This document shows, piece by piece, positions 36,701-48,175 of a stretch of DNA of 64,000 nucleotides. The position numbers and the translations under genes were made by a program. Source of the stretch: Scenedesmus sp. PABB004 (Eukaryota); the NCBI GenBank assembly GCA_014905635.1, contig JABVCE010000026.1, positions 1-64,000 of the forward strand, given 5' to 3'. Each line of letters opens with the position of its first letter. The stretch's first letter is position 1. A model generated the notes under the pieces. The model was not told where the DNA came from and did not search any database. It saw only the letters and a program-made list of their open reading frames with translations.

Positions 36701-39054
36701 GCGCCAGCGCGCCCGACGGCGCCGCTGCGGCGGCGGCGCTGGCCCCGGCCCTCGCCGCAGCCGGCCAGGACGAGGAGGAGGCAGCGATGGCTGCCGAGCT
36801 CGCCGCGGCGCAGGAGGAGATGGCCGCAGCGCGGGAGGAGATGGCGGCCGTGGTGGCGGCAGCCGAGGCGCAGTGGCGCGGCCAGCAGGCGGACGCCGGC
36901 AGCGGGGCCGCCCTGCAGGCGCAGCTGGCAGAGCTGTCGGCGCTGCAGTCGCAGCTCGACCGGCAGGCGTCACAGCTGGCAGCCATGCGGGACAGGCGAG
37001 CTGCCGCGCGGGGCGCGGCCGGGGGCGCCCATGCGCGCATGGGGCACGGCGCCGCTGCCGCGCCCGCGCCGCCGCGCCCGCGCCGCCACGCCCGCGCCGC
37101 CACGCTCGCGCCGCCACACTCGCGCCGCCACACCCACGCCACGCCTGCGCTGCCCCGCAGTTATGAGGAGCGGCTGGCGGGCGCTGCCGCGGAGCTGGGC
37201 GAGGAGGAGGGCGAGGCGGTGGCGCTGGGCGGCGAGCTGGCGGGGCTGCAGCGTGCCTTGGACGCGCGCCAGGCGCAGCTGGCGGACCTGCGCACGGCGG
37301 CAGAGACGACGGCGCTGGCCGCCGCCGAGCGCCTGGAGACGGCGGGCGGCAGCGCCGGGCCTGCACCAGGCAGCGAGGCAGCGGGTGGCAGCGTCAGCGG
37401 AGACGCCGGCCGGCCCCTGCCGCACCCGGGCGGGGGCGGCGGCGCCGCCGTGCTGTTTGTGGGTGAGGCGCCGCAGCAGCAGGAGCAGGAGCAGGAGCAG
37501 CTCCCCAGCCGCGGGGGCGAGCCCGACGAGGTGCTGCTGCTCGCGCAGCGCCTGCTGGATGGCGGCGACGACGGTGCCAGCACTGTCCCTGGCGGCACCA
37601 GCGAGGAGCAGGGGAGCGAGCCGCCCGCCGCTCCTGCGGCGCCCTGGAGCGCCCTATGGGCCGGCCTGGGCGGCGGCCGCGCCGGCGGCGGCAGCGGTGG
37701 CGCCACTCCGCCCAGCGCGGGCCGGGGCGGCACCGCCGTGGCGGCGGCGCCGCTGGCAGTGGCGGCGCCCGCGCCGGCGGCTGTGACGCCGGCGGCGCCG
37801 GCCGCGCCCGCCGAGGACGTGCGGCGCGAGGAGGAGGCGGGCCTGCTGGCCAGGCTCACCGGCACGCCGCGGCGGCAGCGCCTGCGGCTGCGCGCGGCCG
37901 GCGTGAGCCGCGCGCAGCCGTCCAAGGGCGGCGGGCGGGGGTGCGAGGACGCGTGGTTTGCTGCCAGCGCGGGCTGCGGCGCGCTGGGCGTGGCAGACGG
38001 CGTGGGCGGGTGGGCCGCGGACGGCGTCGACCCGGCCGCGTACGCACGGGGGCTCATGGACGCCGCGGCCGACGCGTGCGAGCGCTGGGGCGGCGCCAAG
38101 GCGCCGCTGCACGTCCTCGAGTACGCCCAGGTGGCGCGACGCGACGCGACGCGGCGGCGCCCGGCGCGCTGGCAGGGAGGCGCGCTGGCAGGGAGGCAGG
38201 GGGTGCTGCGGCGCTGCGGCGCAGCGCCGCCGACGCGTGCGCGCTGACGCGCGCCGCCCCGCGCCGCCCCGCGCCGCGCAGTCGGCGACGCGCGTCCCCG
38301 GCAGCTGCACCGCGCTGGTCGCGGTGCTGCGCCCCTCCGCGCTGCTGGAGGTGGGGCTGGTGGGCGACTGCGGGCTGCGCGTGCTGAGGCACGGCCGCGT
38401 GGTCTTTGCCACCGAGGTGCGCGCCGCGGGCGGGCCGGCCGCACGCTGCGCGGGCCGGCCGCACGCCTCGCCGCGCGGCGCAGCGCAGCTCGTGGCCGGC
38501 CATGCCCCCCCCCCCCCCGCTCCACACGCCCCCCAGGTTCAGGAGCACCGCTTCAACACGCCCTTCCAGCTGGGCTGCCCCGCGCTGCTGCCCGAGGCCG
38601 ATCCCGCGGCGGCGGGGCTGGCCTACAGCGTGCGCCTCTCCCCCGGCGACGTGGTCGTGGCGGGCAGCGACGGCCTGTTTGACAACGTGTGGGACGACCA
38701 GCTCGAGGGCGCGCTCGCACAGCACGCGCAGCACGCGGCGCACGGCGCCCCGCCCTCGGCCGCCGACGCGGCGGCGCTCGCGGAGGCCATCGCAGACCTC
38801 GCGTGCGGCCAGGCGGCCGACCCAAACTTCCGCTCGCCCTGGGCGGTCGAGGTCGCGGAGCGCGCGCCAGAGGTGCGGCCGCGCCTGCCGCGCCTGCCGC
38901 GCCGCGCCTGCCGCGCCTGCCGCGCGCCGACACCGCCGCGCCGCGCCTGCCGCGCGCCGACTCCGCGCAGCGCCAGTCGGTCATGTCGGCGCTCTTTGGC
39001 CCGCGGGGCGGCAAGTCGGATGACATCACCGTGGTGGTGGGCCTGCTGGCCTGA
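33768..39054 (+). CDS. PTC7-type PP2C phosphatase preceded by a very long coiled-coil region (may be two genes)
   Basis: GCEDAWF, LGVADGVGGW...GVDP..YAR.LM, GSCTALV, GDCG, QEHRFNTPFQLG, GSDGLFDNV, GGKSDDITVVV; upstream exons are E/L/A/Q heptad-rich. Confidence 0.75.
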
Positions 39055-39789
39055 GCGCGCGCCGGCAGCGGAGCGCGCGCCGCGGCCGCGCTCCGGCTGC
39101 ACAGGGTGCAGATTTTGGGGGGAGGGGTGGGGGGAGGGGTGGGGGCTGCGAGGGCAGAGTTTTGGGCTCCCGACCCGCGTCGAGGCGTGAGTATGGGGTT
39201 GATCACAACTGTGGCGCGAGGGCTGGGCCTGCTGCAGGATGGGCGGCGGTGGGGGCGGCGGGGGCGGCGGCGGCGGTGGCGGGCAATCCCTGCCCGAAGT
39301 TTTGGCGGGCGCGCAGCTGCAGCAGCCTGCAGAGTTTTTGGCGCGCGTGAGGTCGTGGTCGGTAATATCGCGCTTTCGCTCAAGTTCCACTCGGGAGGCC
39401 CGGGCACCCGCCCGCCAGCGAGCGCGCGTGCCGAGGCGGGTCTGTCTGTCTCAGTGCCCCGCAGGGCACTGCAATCTAGGCAGTCCAAGCAGTGCAACTC
39501 CTCCGTCTGGAATCAATTGCCATCACATGGCATCAAATGGCAAGCCCTGTCCGGTGTCGCAGCGTCGCAGCTGCACCGTGCCGCGGGCGGCGGCCGAACA
39601 GGCGCCAGCACTTGCAGCTGCGCGCGCACCACGCTGCCTGCCCCAAACCCCTGCCCTCGCGTTATGCGCGCCCTGCCCCGTGCGGCCGTCGTTCCGTGCC
39701 GCCGAGGCTGCGCCTGGTGGTGTGTTAGTGAGTCATGCGGGCGCGGCCCGCGCGTGGCCCCGCGCTGCCGCGCCCGGCTACCGCGCGGC

Positions 39790-42150
39790 TCACGCGCGGT
39801 CACGCGGGTGCAGGTGGCAGCGGATGCCCTGCGTGCCCGCCGACTGCAGCGTGAGGTGGGTGCTCTCCCGGCTGCGCACGCCGTCGCGGCCGCCCATGTC
39901 GGGCGTGAGCTCGATCGTAAAGTGCGCGCAGAGCTTGGCGAGCAGCGTGAGCACCTCCATCTTGGCGAGGCTCTGGCCCACGCAGTTGCGGGGGCCCTCG
40001 CTGAAGGGCATGAACGTGATGCCCCGCTTGCTCGCGCTCGCCGCCGCCGCCGCGTCGCCGGCGCCGGCGCGTGCGGCCGCCTCTGCCGCGTTGTACACAT
40101 ATGTCTCCACCGGCACGCCCGCCCAGCGCTCGGGGCGGAACTCGGCCGGCGCGTCCCAGTTGTGGCGGGTGTTGTGGATGGCAAAGAGCGGCGTGCCCAC
40201 GATCGTGCCGGGGGGCACCGTGAAGGGCCCGACGCGCGTGACGGCCGTCGGCGCGCGGCCCATGACGCTGACGACGGGCAGCATGCGCATCGCCTCCTTG
40301 GCGCACGCGGTGAGGAAGGGCAGGGCCTTGAGGTCCTCCCACTCGAGCTCGCGCGGCGGCGGGCAGCCGGGCTTGACGAGCAGGCCGAGGCCGTCGAGCT
40401 CGTCCGCGATGCGCTCCTGCACGCCCGGGCTGGTCGCGATGTTGAAGAGCGTCCACGAGGTCGTGTGCCCCGTCGTCTCAAAGCCCTCGACAAAGAGGAT
40501 CCCGATCTCGCTCAGGATGCGGTGCCGGCTGATCTCCGGGTGGCTCCCCATCACGCGCACGAGCTGCGACCCAATGTCGGTGTCGTCCTCCGCCGGCGGC
40601 CCGCGCGCCTGCAGGTCGTCCAGCAGCTTGGCCATCTCGGCCTGGAACATCGCAAACGCGGCGCTGCCTGCGCGGCAAACGGCGGCGGCGGCGGCGCGGT
40701 CGCGCATGCTGCGCGCGCTGCGCGGGGCGCGTGCTGCAGGCACGGCGCGCCGCGCGCTGCTGCTGCTGCTGCTGCTGCTCACCCTTGGGGCCGTACTTGA
40801 ACCAGGCGGGGAAGAGCGGGCGCAGCGGGTTGGCGACGCGCAGCATGACCTCCGTGAAGCAGCGCGGCAGCACGCGCAGCAGGTGGTCGTAGGGCGGGAT
40901 GTCCTGGCTCACGCTGTCATAGTCGTGCCCAAACCCGGCCTGGGCCGTGTGCGGCGCGGCGCACATTCGCGGGCGTACGCGGGGCAGGCGGGGCGCGGGT
41001 GGGCGCGGCGGGTGGGCGCCGGCGAGGCGCGTGCGCTGTGCCTGCGCCGTGCGTGCGCTGTGCGTGCGCTGTGGTGCGCGGCGTCGCACCAGGCCGATGA
41101 CGTCGAGCGTCACGCGCAGCGCCGCCTGGTCGACGTCGATCGACGCGCCGGGGCCCTGCGCGGTGATGCGCGACACGAGCTGGTTGACGCGGCTCAGCAC
41201 CAGCGGGTACTTCTTCTTGATGTTCTGCGGGACGCCGGCACACGCCAGGCGCCACCCCCGGGCGGGCGGCGAGGCGCACGCGCGTGAGCTGCGGCACGCG
41301 TGCAGACGGGCGCGCGAGCGCGAGCGCGTGCGCGCTGGCGCGCCGCGCCTGCATGCTGAACGAGACGGCCACGGCCTTGCGGATGGCCTTCCAGCTGTCG
41401 GTCGCGGCGCTGGTGAGCAGGTTTGCGTTGCCGTGGGGGTCACACATTTTGTTGATGGGCGCGTAGGCGAGCGCGGCCTTGTCGATCGCGGCGTCGCCGC
41501 GCCCCATGATGCCCGCCAGCGCGGCGGGGTCGGTCACGATGAGCGTGTCGTGCCACAGAAACTTCATGCGGTAGATGCCGCCATACGTGTCAGCCCACTG
41601 GCGCCCACCGCGGCGGCATGGCGGCGGCAGCGGCGGCGGCGGCGGCGCGTGAGCGCTGCGCCCGCTGCGGCGGCGCCGCCGGGCGGCGGGGCGCGGCGCA
41701 CCTCGAGCAGCACGCGGTGGAAGTCGGGGCGCAGGCAGTCCAGGACGTTGCCGACCAGGGGGAGAGCCTTCTTCCAGGGGCCCGGGATCTTGTCCAGGTC
41801 GTAGGTGGGCGTCCTGCGCGCCAGCGGCGGCGGCGGCGGCCGGCGGTGGTTGGGGCAGTTGCCGCCGCCCCCGCGCGCTGCTGCGGCGCCGGCGAGGGAC
41901 TCGCGGTGGCAATGGAAACTCGTTGGGGAGCTGCGCGGCTGCGCGCGCGCCCGGGCGCGCGGGGCGGCACTTCCCGCGCTTCGGCGCCTGCGTGCCAGCC
42001 GGCCCTGGCGGCCCCCGGGCCGCCGGCGCACCTGCGGAGGCTAAACAGGAGCGCCAGCAGCGTGCCCGTGATGGCCGCCACGACCGCAAAGTCGCCCAGG
42101 GACGCGGTGGCCAGGCCGAGGCGGAAGCTGTCCACCAGCTGCGCCGCCAT
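39790..42150 (-). CDS. Cytochrome P450 with N-terminal membrane anchor
   Basis: IPGPW..LPLVGN hinge, I-helix EGFETTG, K-helix KEAMR, FRPERW, heme motif FMPFSEGPRNCVG. Confidence 0.96.
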
Positions 42151-42825
42151 GGCGATGGCCCCTGGCGCGCTTCCTTCAATTAGTATAGGGCGCAAGCCAC
42201 CTCCCCGCGCGCGGGCAGCGCGATCGCGGACGCAGCGAGCTGGGCGGGAGGCGCGGCGCGCGGCGCAGACGCGTGGGGCGCGGTGTGGGGCCGTGCGGGG
42301 CCCCGGTGTGCGCTGGCTGGGATGTGTGGGTGGCGCGCGGAGCGCGGGGCGGGCGGCGCGGTGGTTGGTGCGCTGCACGCACGCAACCATAACACGCTGC
42401 CGGGGACGTGCCGGCCCTTGTGCACCCCCGAGCTGCTCTCTAGCCCCTCAACAGCTCTCCCGCCACGCTGCCGCAGCTGCCGCAGCTCGCGCGGCTCGCC
42501 AGGCGGGGCGCCGTGCGCTGATGGCGCCCCCTGGCTGCGCCGCCGCCGCTGCCCGCCCACGCCCCCCGAGCTGGCTCCGACGCGCGCATCACGCCAAGGA
42601 TCCGTCTGTCACCCCCACTGACTACCCGCGCGAGCTGCCCGCTGTGCGCGCAGGGAGCGTCCGGCGCCGGGCGCGGCGCTGCTGCGTGTTGCACGGCAGC
42701 CCCGCCGCGCGGCCACTGAGCCGCACGGCCGGCGAGCCAGCTCTCTCTCTCCCAACACACTCCCCCGCGGCGGCGGCGGCGGCGGCGGCAGTGGCGCCAG
42801 CACACGCGCCCGCGCCCCCGGCCTC

Positions 42826-44230
42826 TCAGTTGTTGCTGGCCGCTGCCGGCGCGGGCGCGGGCGTGGGGAGGGCGGGCACGTACTTGCGGTCCGCCTCCCA
42901 GCTGATGTGGCTCGCCATGGTCACCACGCTGCGCGCGTCGCGCTCGTCCAGGACGGGCCGGTGGAACGGCACGCGCACGACCTGGCGCGGCGGGGAGGGG
43001 CGGGCGGTCGGCCGGTCGGCGCCCGGCCGCGCGCACGCGCGGGCGCCGCTGGCGCCGCTGCCAGGCGCCGGCGCCCACGGCGCACCTGCGGCGCCTGGCC
43101 CTCCATCTCCGCCGTCACGTACAGGCCCAGCCGGTCCAGCCACAGCAACTCCGCGTACGCCATCTGCGCGCGGCGCGGCGCGGCCCGGCCCGCCGGCGCC
43201 CCGCGTCAGCGGCCGCAGCGCGCCCGGCCGCGGGGTGGGCCGCGGCCGCGGGCGCTGCGGGCGGGCTGCGGCTCCCGCGCCGGCCCAGCCGCCGGCCCCC
43301 GCACCTCCATGAGCGGCGCGCCCAGGTGGTTGGCGACGATGCGGTATATGTCCTCCGCGCGCTCACTGACAGGGACACAGCGCGACACACCACGCGGCAG
43401 CGGGCGGCGGGCGGCAGGGCGCGTCGGCGGCGGCACAGCCGCAGCGCGGCCGTAGCTCCCAGCCCGCGCGGCTCCCCGCCCGCCTGCGGCGCGCGGTGGC
43501 AACGCGCACCTGTTCCAGGTGGTGATGAGCTCGCTCGCCGCGTGGCGCAGCAGGTCGGGCTCCGCGGCGCGGTACTCCTCGCCCGGCACGGCCACGCCGT
43601 GCGACGACTGTGGCGGCGTCGGGGCGGCGCGCCGGGGGCGGCGTCAGCGGCGCCGCGTCCGCGGCGGCGAGGCGCGGGCGCGGGCGCGGGCGGTGCAGCG
43701 CCGCGCCGCTGGCCGCGCCGCTGGGCGCGCCGCGCCGCGCCGCGCACGTGGTCGAGGCCTCCGTAGTAGCGGCAGCTCTCCACCTGCAGCACCACCAGCT
43801 CGGTGCCCTCCGGCGCGCCGTCCTGGCTCTCCGCGCGCGCCGCGGTGCCCTGCAGCGCCACGCTCGCGAGCCGCCGCGCCGGCAGCGCCGTCGGCGTGAC
43901 CAGCAGGCTCACGCGCGCGCCCGCGGCGAGGCCGGCGGCCTCCGGCGAGGCGGCGGGGATGGCCATGACCGGGTTGCCCGCCGCGTCCAGGCTGTACGCC
44001 ACCGGCGCGCCCACGGGGTGCCCCTCCGCCGTGAGCGTGCAGAGCGCGCCCTCGCTGCACAGGTCCGCCACCGTGCGCGCCGTCTCAGCGGGCGAGGGGC
44101 ACGTCGGCGCGGTCACGCCGTTGGAGGACGCGCCGCGGGGCGCCACGAGCCGCGGGCGCGCCAGGCGGGCGGGGCAGGCCGGCCCATGCCGCAGCAGGCC
44201 GCTCCGCGAGGCGAGGCTGCGCGCCTGCAT
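42826..44230 (-). CDS. Glutamyl-tRNA reductase-binding protein (GluTRBP/PGR7-like; split barrel plus DUF2470), plastid
   Basis: SPAETARTV..L...G.LCTLT..G.P, EEYRAAEPD.L, AELLWLDRLG, VRVPF.RPV.DERDARS, SWEADRKY; transit peptide. Confidence 0.82.
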
Positions 44231-44857
44231 CGCTGCGCCGCGCCCAGGGCGCCTGGATCTGCGGCCTGGGCCTAGATCTTGCGACTCCGCGCGCCGGCAA
44301 CGACGGAGCGCAAGCCGGCGAAGGCGGGGGGCGCGGGCGGCCTGTCGCAGCGTTCTGAAGGCGTGGGGGCGGCAGGTGCGAACAATTGGGCAGCACCGCG
44401 CCGCATGCGCGCTCAATTGGGCGCGCCGCAGCGGCGGCCGCGGCGGCATATGACGCTCCGTTTGCGGCGCGCAGCCCAGGCGCTCACGACCGCGTTTGAG
44501 CACCGCCCGGCACCTCCCTGGCTGACTCCTCGGCCGCCGCGCGTGTGTGCAGACTCCTGGCGCCGCGCGCGGGCGGCCGCCGGCGCGCGCCGGCGCGCTG
44601 GCGGCGGGCCGTGCGCAGCGGCGGGGGCCGCCGGGGGCTGGACCGGCATCCCACCCGAGCGCCGCTGCCGCTTGCGCGCCCGCGCTCCGCGCGGCGCGTG
44701 GCAGGCCCCCGCACCGCGGCGCCCGTGCTCTCGGCTCGCCCCGACTGCGCTCCACACACGGCTGCCTACCAGCTGCCCGGCCGGCACCCGGTGCGGCTCG
44801 CCGCGCGCGGCGCCGCGGCCGCCGCGCCGCAGCATGATCCCGCCGCCGGGGCACGCG

Positions 44858-45398
44858 CTGTAGTTGGAGATGGGGAAGCCCACCTCGAACCAGGAGCTGA
44901 GGTTCTGCGCCGCGAGCGCGCTCCACATGTAGTCGGTCGCGCGCACGATGCCCGGCACGCCGCTGTTGTCCTGCTCAAACAGCACCGGCGCCGCGTACAC
45001 GTTGCCGCCCGGGTTGGGCTGCGCCGCGCTCGCGCTCTCCAGCTGCTGCACGTACTCAAACGGCACGAGCGCGTCTGCGCGCGCGCGGCGGCGGGCCGGG
45101 CCGGGGCGGGGCGGGCGGCGGCGCGGGTCGGCCGGCCGCGCTGCCGCGCCGCCGCGCGCCCGCGCGCGCCGCGCGCCCGCTGCCGCCGCGCGGCCTGCCC
45201 GCCGCAGCGCCGCCCCGCGCGCAGCGCCGCCCCCGCCGCGCGCAGCGCCTGGCGCTGCCGCGCACCTGCGTCGATGATGGTGAGCATGTATGCCGCGCGG
45301 TCGCCGGGGGCCATGTGGTAAAACTGGCGCACCGCGCTGTTGACGTTGGAGGCCTTGCCCGGCATCTCGGCCGGGTCGAGCACGTGCAGCGTGAACAC
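44858..45398 (-). pseudogene. Partial duplicate (two exon segments and one intron) of the GT2 gene at 49190-49747
   Basis: Near-identical direct repeat; differs by a synonymous substitution (tatgccgcg vs tatgctgcg) and an intronic indel of about 17 bp. Confidence 0.88.
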
Positions 45399-45750
45399 CG
45401 CTGTGGCCTGTTTCAGGCGGCCGGCGATCAGAGGATGCCCATGGTCGGTGTTGGCGGCGGCGGCGCGCGCGCGGCGGTGGCAGCGCCGCGCACGCGCGCC
45501 GCGCGCCCGCGGCGTCGGGGCGCCCCCCGGGCGCCCCGGTAGCCCCCATCCCCCCAGCCGCCGGCGTTAAGCCCGCCGGCCGGCGCTCTCGCGGCGGTAG
45601 CGAGCCGGCGGGGAGCACGCCATTCGCGCGTCTGCCATGCCAAAACCGCGCCGGGCCGCTGGCCCCGCGCCGCGTACGAAGCGCGCGCCGGCCCAGGCGC
45701 TCGCCCTCCTCCCAACCAGCAGCGTAGCGGTTAAAGTTGGACACACCACC

Positions 45751-46781
45751 ATGCGTGTGGTGAGCGCCCGCGCTCGGCGGCCGGGGGCTGGGCGCGCGCC
45801 GCCGCGGCCTCGCTCACGGCCCGCCCCCCGCGCCGCGCCCGCCCGCAGATCTCCGCTGTCCTGCTGGTGCGCCCACGCCGCGCGGGGCGCGCGGGCGGCC
45901 GCGCCGCGGCGCATCATCGGCCCGCCTCCGGCGCCCGCTCACGCCTGGGCGCCGCGCCGTCCGCAGGCTGTGCTGGGCGGCAAGGCCAACCCCACGGCCG
46001 CCGATGTGAAGAGCATCCTGGGCTCTGGTGCGTCTGCAGCCCCGCAGCAGCAGGCGGGCGGCCCAGATGATTGCTCCCCGCCGCTGCCCGGCGCCGTGCC
46101 GTGGCGGGCCGGCCTCCCCGCTGGCCGCACCCGCCCGGCCGCCCATCCACGCACCGGCCGCCGCCACGCCGCGCGCAGTCGGCGTTGAGGCCGACGCCGC
46201 CGACGTGGAGCGCCTCCTGAAGGAGCTCGAGGGCAAGGACATCGCCGAGCTGATCGAGGCCGGCAGGAAGAAGCTGCAGTCCGTGCCCTCCGGCGGCGCC
46301 GTGGCGGCCGCCCCGGCCGCCGGCGGCGCCGCGGCCGGTGGCGCCGCGCCCGCGGAGGCCAAGAAGGAGGAGCCGTCCGAGGAGGACGAGGTGCGGCGCG
46401 GGCGCGCGCGCGGCGCGGGCGGCAGCAGGGACGGCGGCAGCAGGGACGACGGCAGCAGGGCCGCTGCAGGGGAGGGGGGGGCTGGCCCGTGGCAGCGGCG
46501 GGCGCTGGAGCGGCAGCGGCTGGAGCGGCGGGCGCTGGAGGGGCAGCAGCAGCGGCGGCGGCTGGAGGGGCAGCAGCAGCGGGTGCAGGGGCGCAGTGGG
46601 CAGCGGCTGGAGCGGCAGCGGCTGGAGCGGCAGCGGCAGTCGGGGCGGTCGGGGCGGCCGGCCGGGGCTGCAGGGAGCGGCGATCGCTGTTGAGTGCTGC
46701 CGCTCACGCCCGCGCGCGCCTGCCCCCGCCGCCGCCGCCGCATGCCGCGCGCAGGACATGGGCTTCTCCCTGTTTGACTGA
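45751..46781 (+). CDS. RPLP2: 60S acidic ribosomal protein P2 (5 exons)
   Basis: [60 protein letters not shown]. Confidence 0.96.
46490..46640. repeat. Degenerate minisatellite (ggcagcggctggagc-like) in RPLP2 intron 4
   Basis: Repeated gctggag/ggcagcgg units seen directly. Confidence 0.7.
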
Positions 46782-46836
46782 GCAGCTGCCGGCGGCGAGC
46801 AGCGCCAGCTGCCGCCTGGGCCCGTCGCGGCGTGCG

Positions 46837-46841
46837 TGTAA
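46837..46841 (+). terminator. TGTAA poly(A) signal of RPLP2
   Basis: TGTAA about 55 nt after the stop codon. Confidence 0.65.
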
Positions 46842-48175
46842 CAGGCTCGCCGTGCTCAGACCTGACCCGCGCGCGGCTCGCGATCGCGCGGCAGGGCTGG
46901 GCGGGCACACGCGGCGCGGAGACGGTCTTTCTTCCGCCGGTTGCCGTCGTCGTCGCCCACAGACCGATCGCCTGCGCAGCACGAAATCCGCCTCATTTCG
47001 CGCCCGCGTGCGTGCGCCGCCCACAACCCCCGAGTGTCAAAGCAGCAGCGTCCGGTCGGTCAACCCCCCGTGCCCCGAGCGGTGGCGGGGGGCCTCTGCC
47101 GCGCGGCAGCGTGCGTCGAGTGAGGTCGTGCCGGCGCCGCCCGCGCACGTGGTCGACAGCAATGGCCGTCGGCAGCCCACACACACACACACACACAACT
47201 CGCCTGGGCTGGCTGGCTACGGCGCCCGGCGGCGCCTGCTGCCTAACCACTCGCGCAGCCGCAGGCGCGCCGTCAGCGCGCCGCCGGCGGCGCCCCGCGG
47301 CGCCGCGGCGCGTCAGCATGCTGCGGCGCCCCCGCCGCCTGGCGGGATCATGCTGCCAAGGGCGCGCGCGCCGCCGCGGCCCGCGGGCGCGGGCGCGCGT
47401 GCGGCGCAGCGTCGCACGCTGCGCGGGCCTGCCTAGGCGAGCAAGAAAAAAGGGACCCCCGCGTCTGCCTAGCCCCCCGCGCGCGCGGCGCGCCAAACGC
47501 GCGCCAGCGCGCGGCGCCGAGGGCCCCCTGCGGCCAGCCGTCGCCATTCTCCTATGCGGCGGTGCGGGGGTGCGCATGCTGGCTGCAGCAGCGGGCGGCA
47601 GCTAGCTAAAACGCGCGCGCGCGCGCGCCGGCCCGGCCCGGGGCAGCTGCAATCAGCAGCCCGTGCGATGGGCTGCGCCCGGGGCGGCACGCCGCCGCAC
47701 GACGAGTTGGGACCACTGGCTAAGAGACTCAGACTCACTCTTCGCTCTCTCGCCTCCCAGGAGCCGGCTACGCGTCCGCGCGCGGCGCCGCGCCGCCGCC
47801 GCGCACGCGCCGGCGCCGGCGGCCGCCGCCGTCCGCGCGCCGCGGCGCGGCCGCGCCGGCGGCCGCCGCGCCCTTGGCCGCGGCAGCGCCGCCGCGCGCG
47901 GTGTCGCCGCCGCCGCGCGGCGCGTCGGGCGGCGAGGCGGGCGCCGCGCTCGCGGCGCCGCCGCGCCGCGAGCCGGCGTCGCTGCCCTCGCTGCCGGCGT
48001 CGCCGGCGGCGGCGCTCAGCCGCGGGCTGCGCGGCTCGCACGCCTCGGCGCCGGCGCCAGCGCTGCCGGCGCGCGCGCGCCGCGCCGCCTCGCCGCCGTC
48101 GTCGCTGCCGCTGCCGTCGCCGCCGCCGCTGCCGCCGTCGCCGCTGCCGCCGCCCCCGCCCCGCCGCGCGCGCCG

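Noticed and set aside
46420..46660. CRISPR-like or coding repeat array
   Set aside because: No constant repeat with unique spacers and no cas genes; it is an intronic minisatellite in a eukaryote
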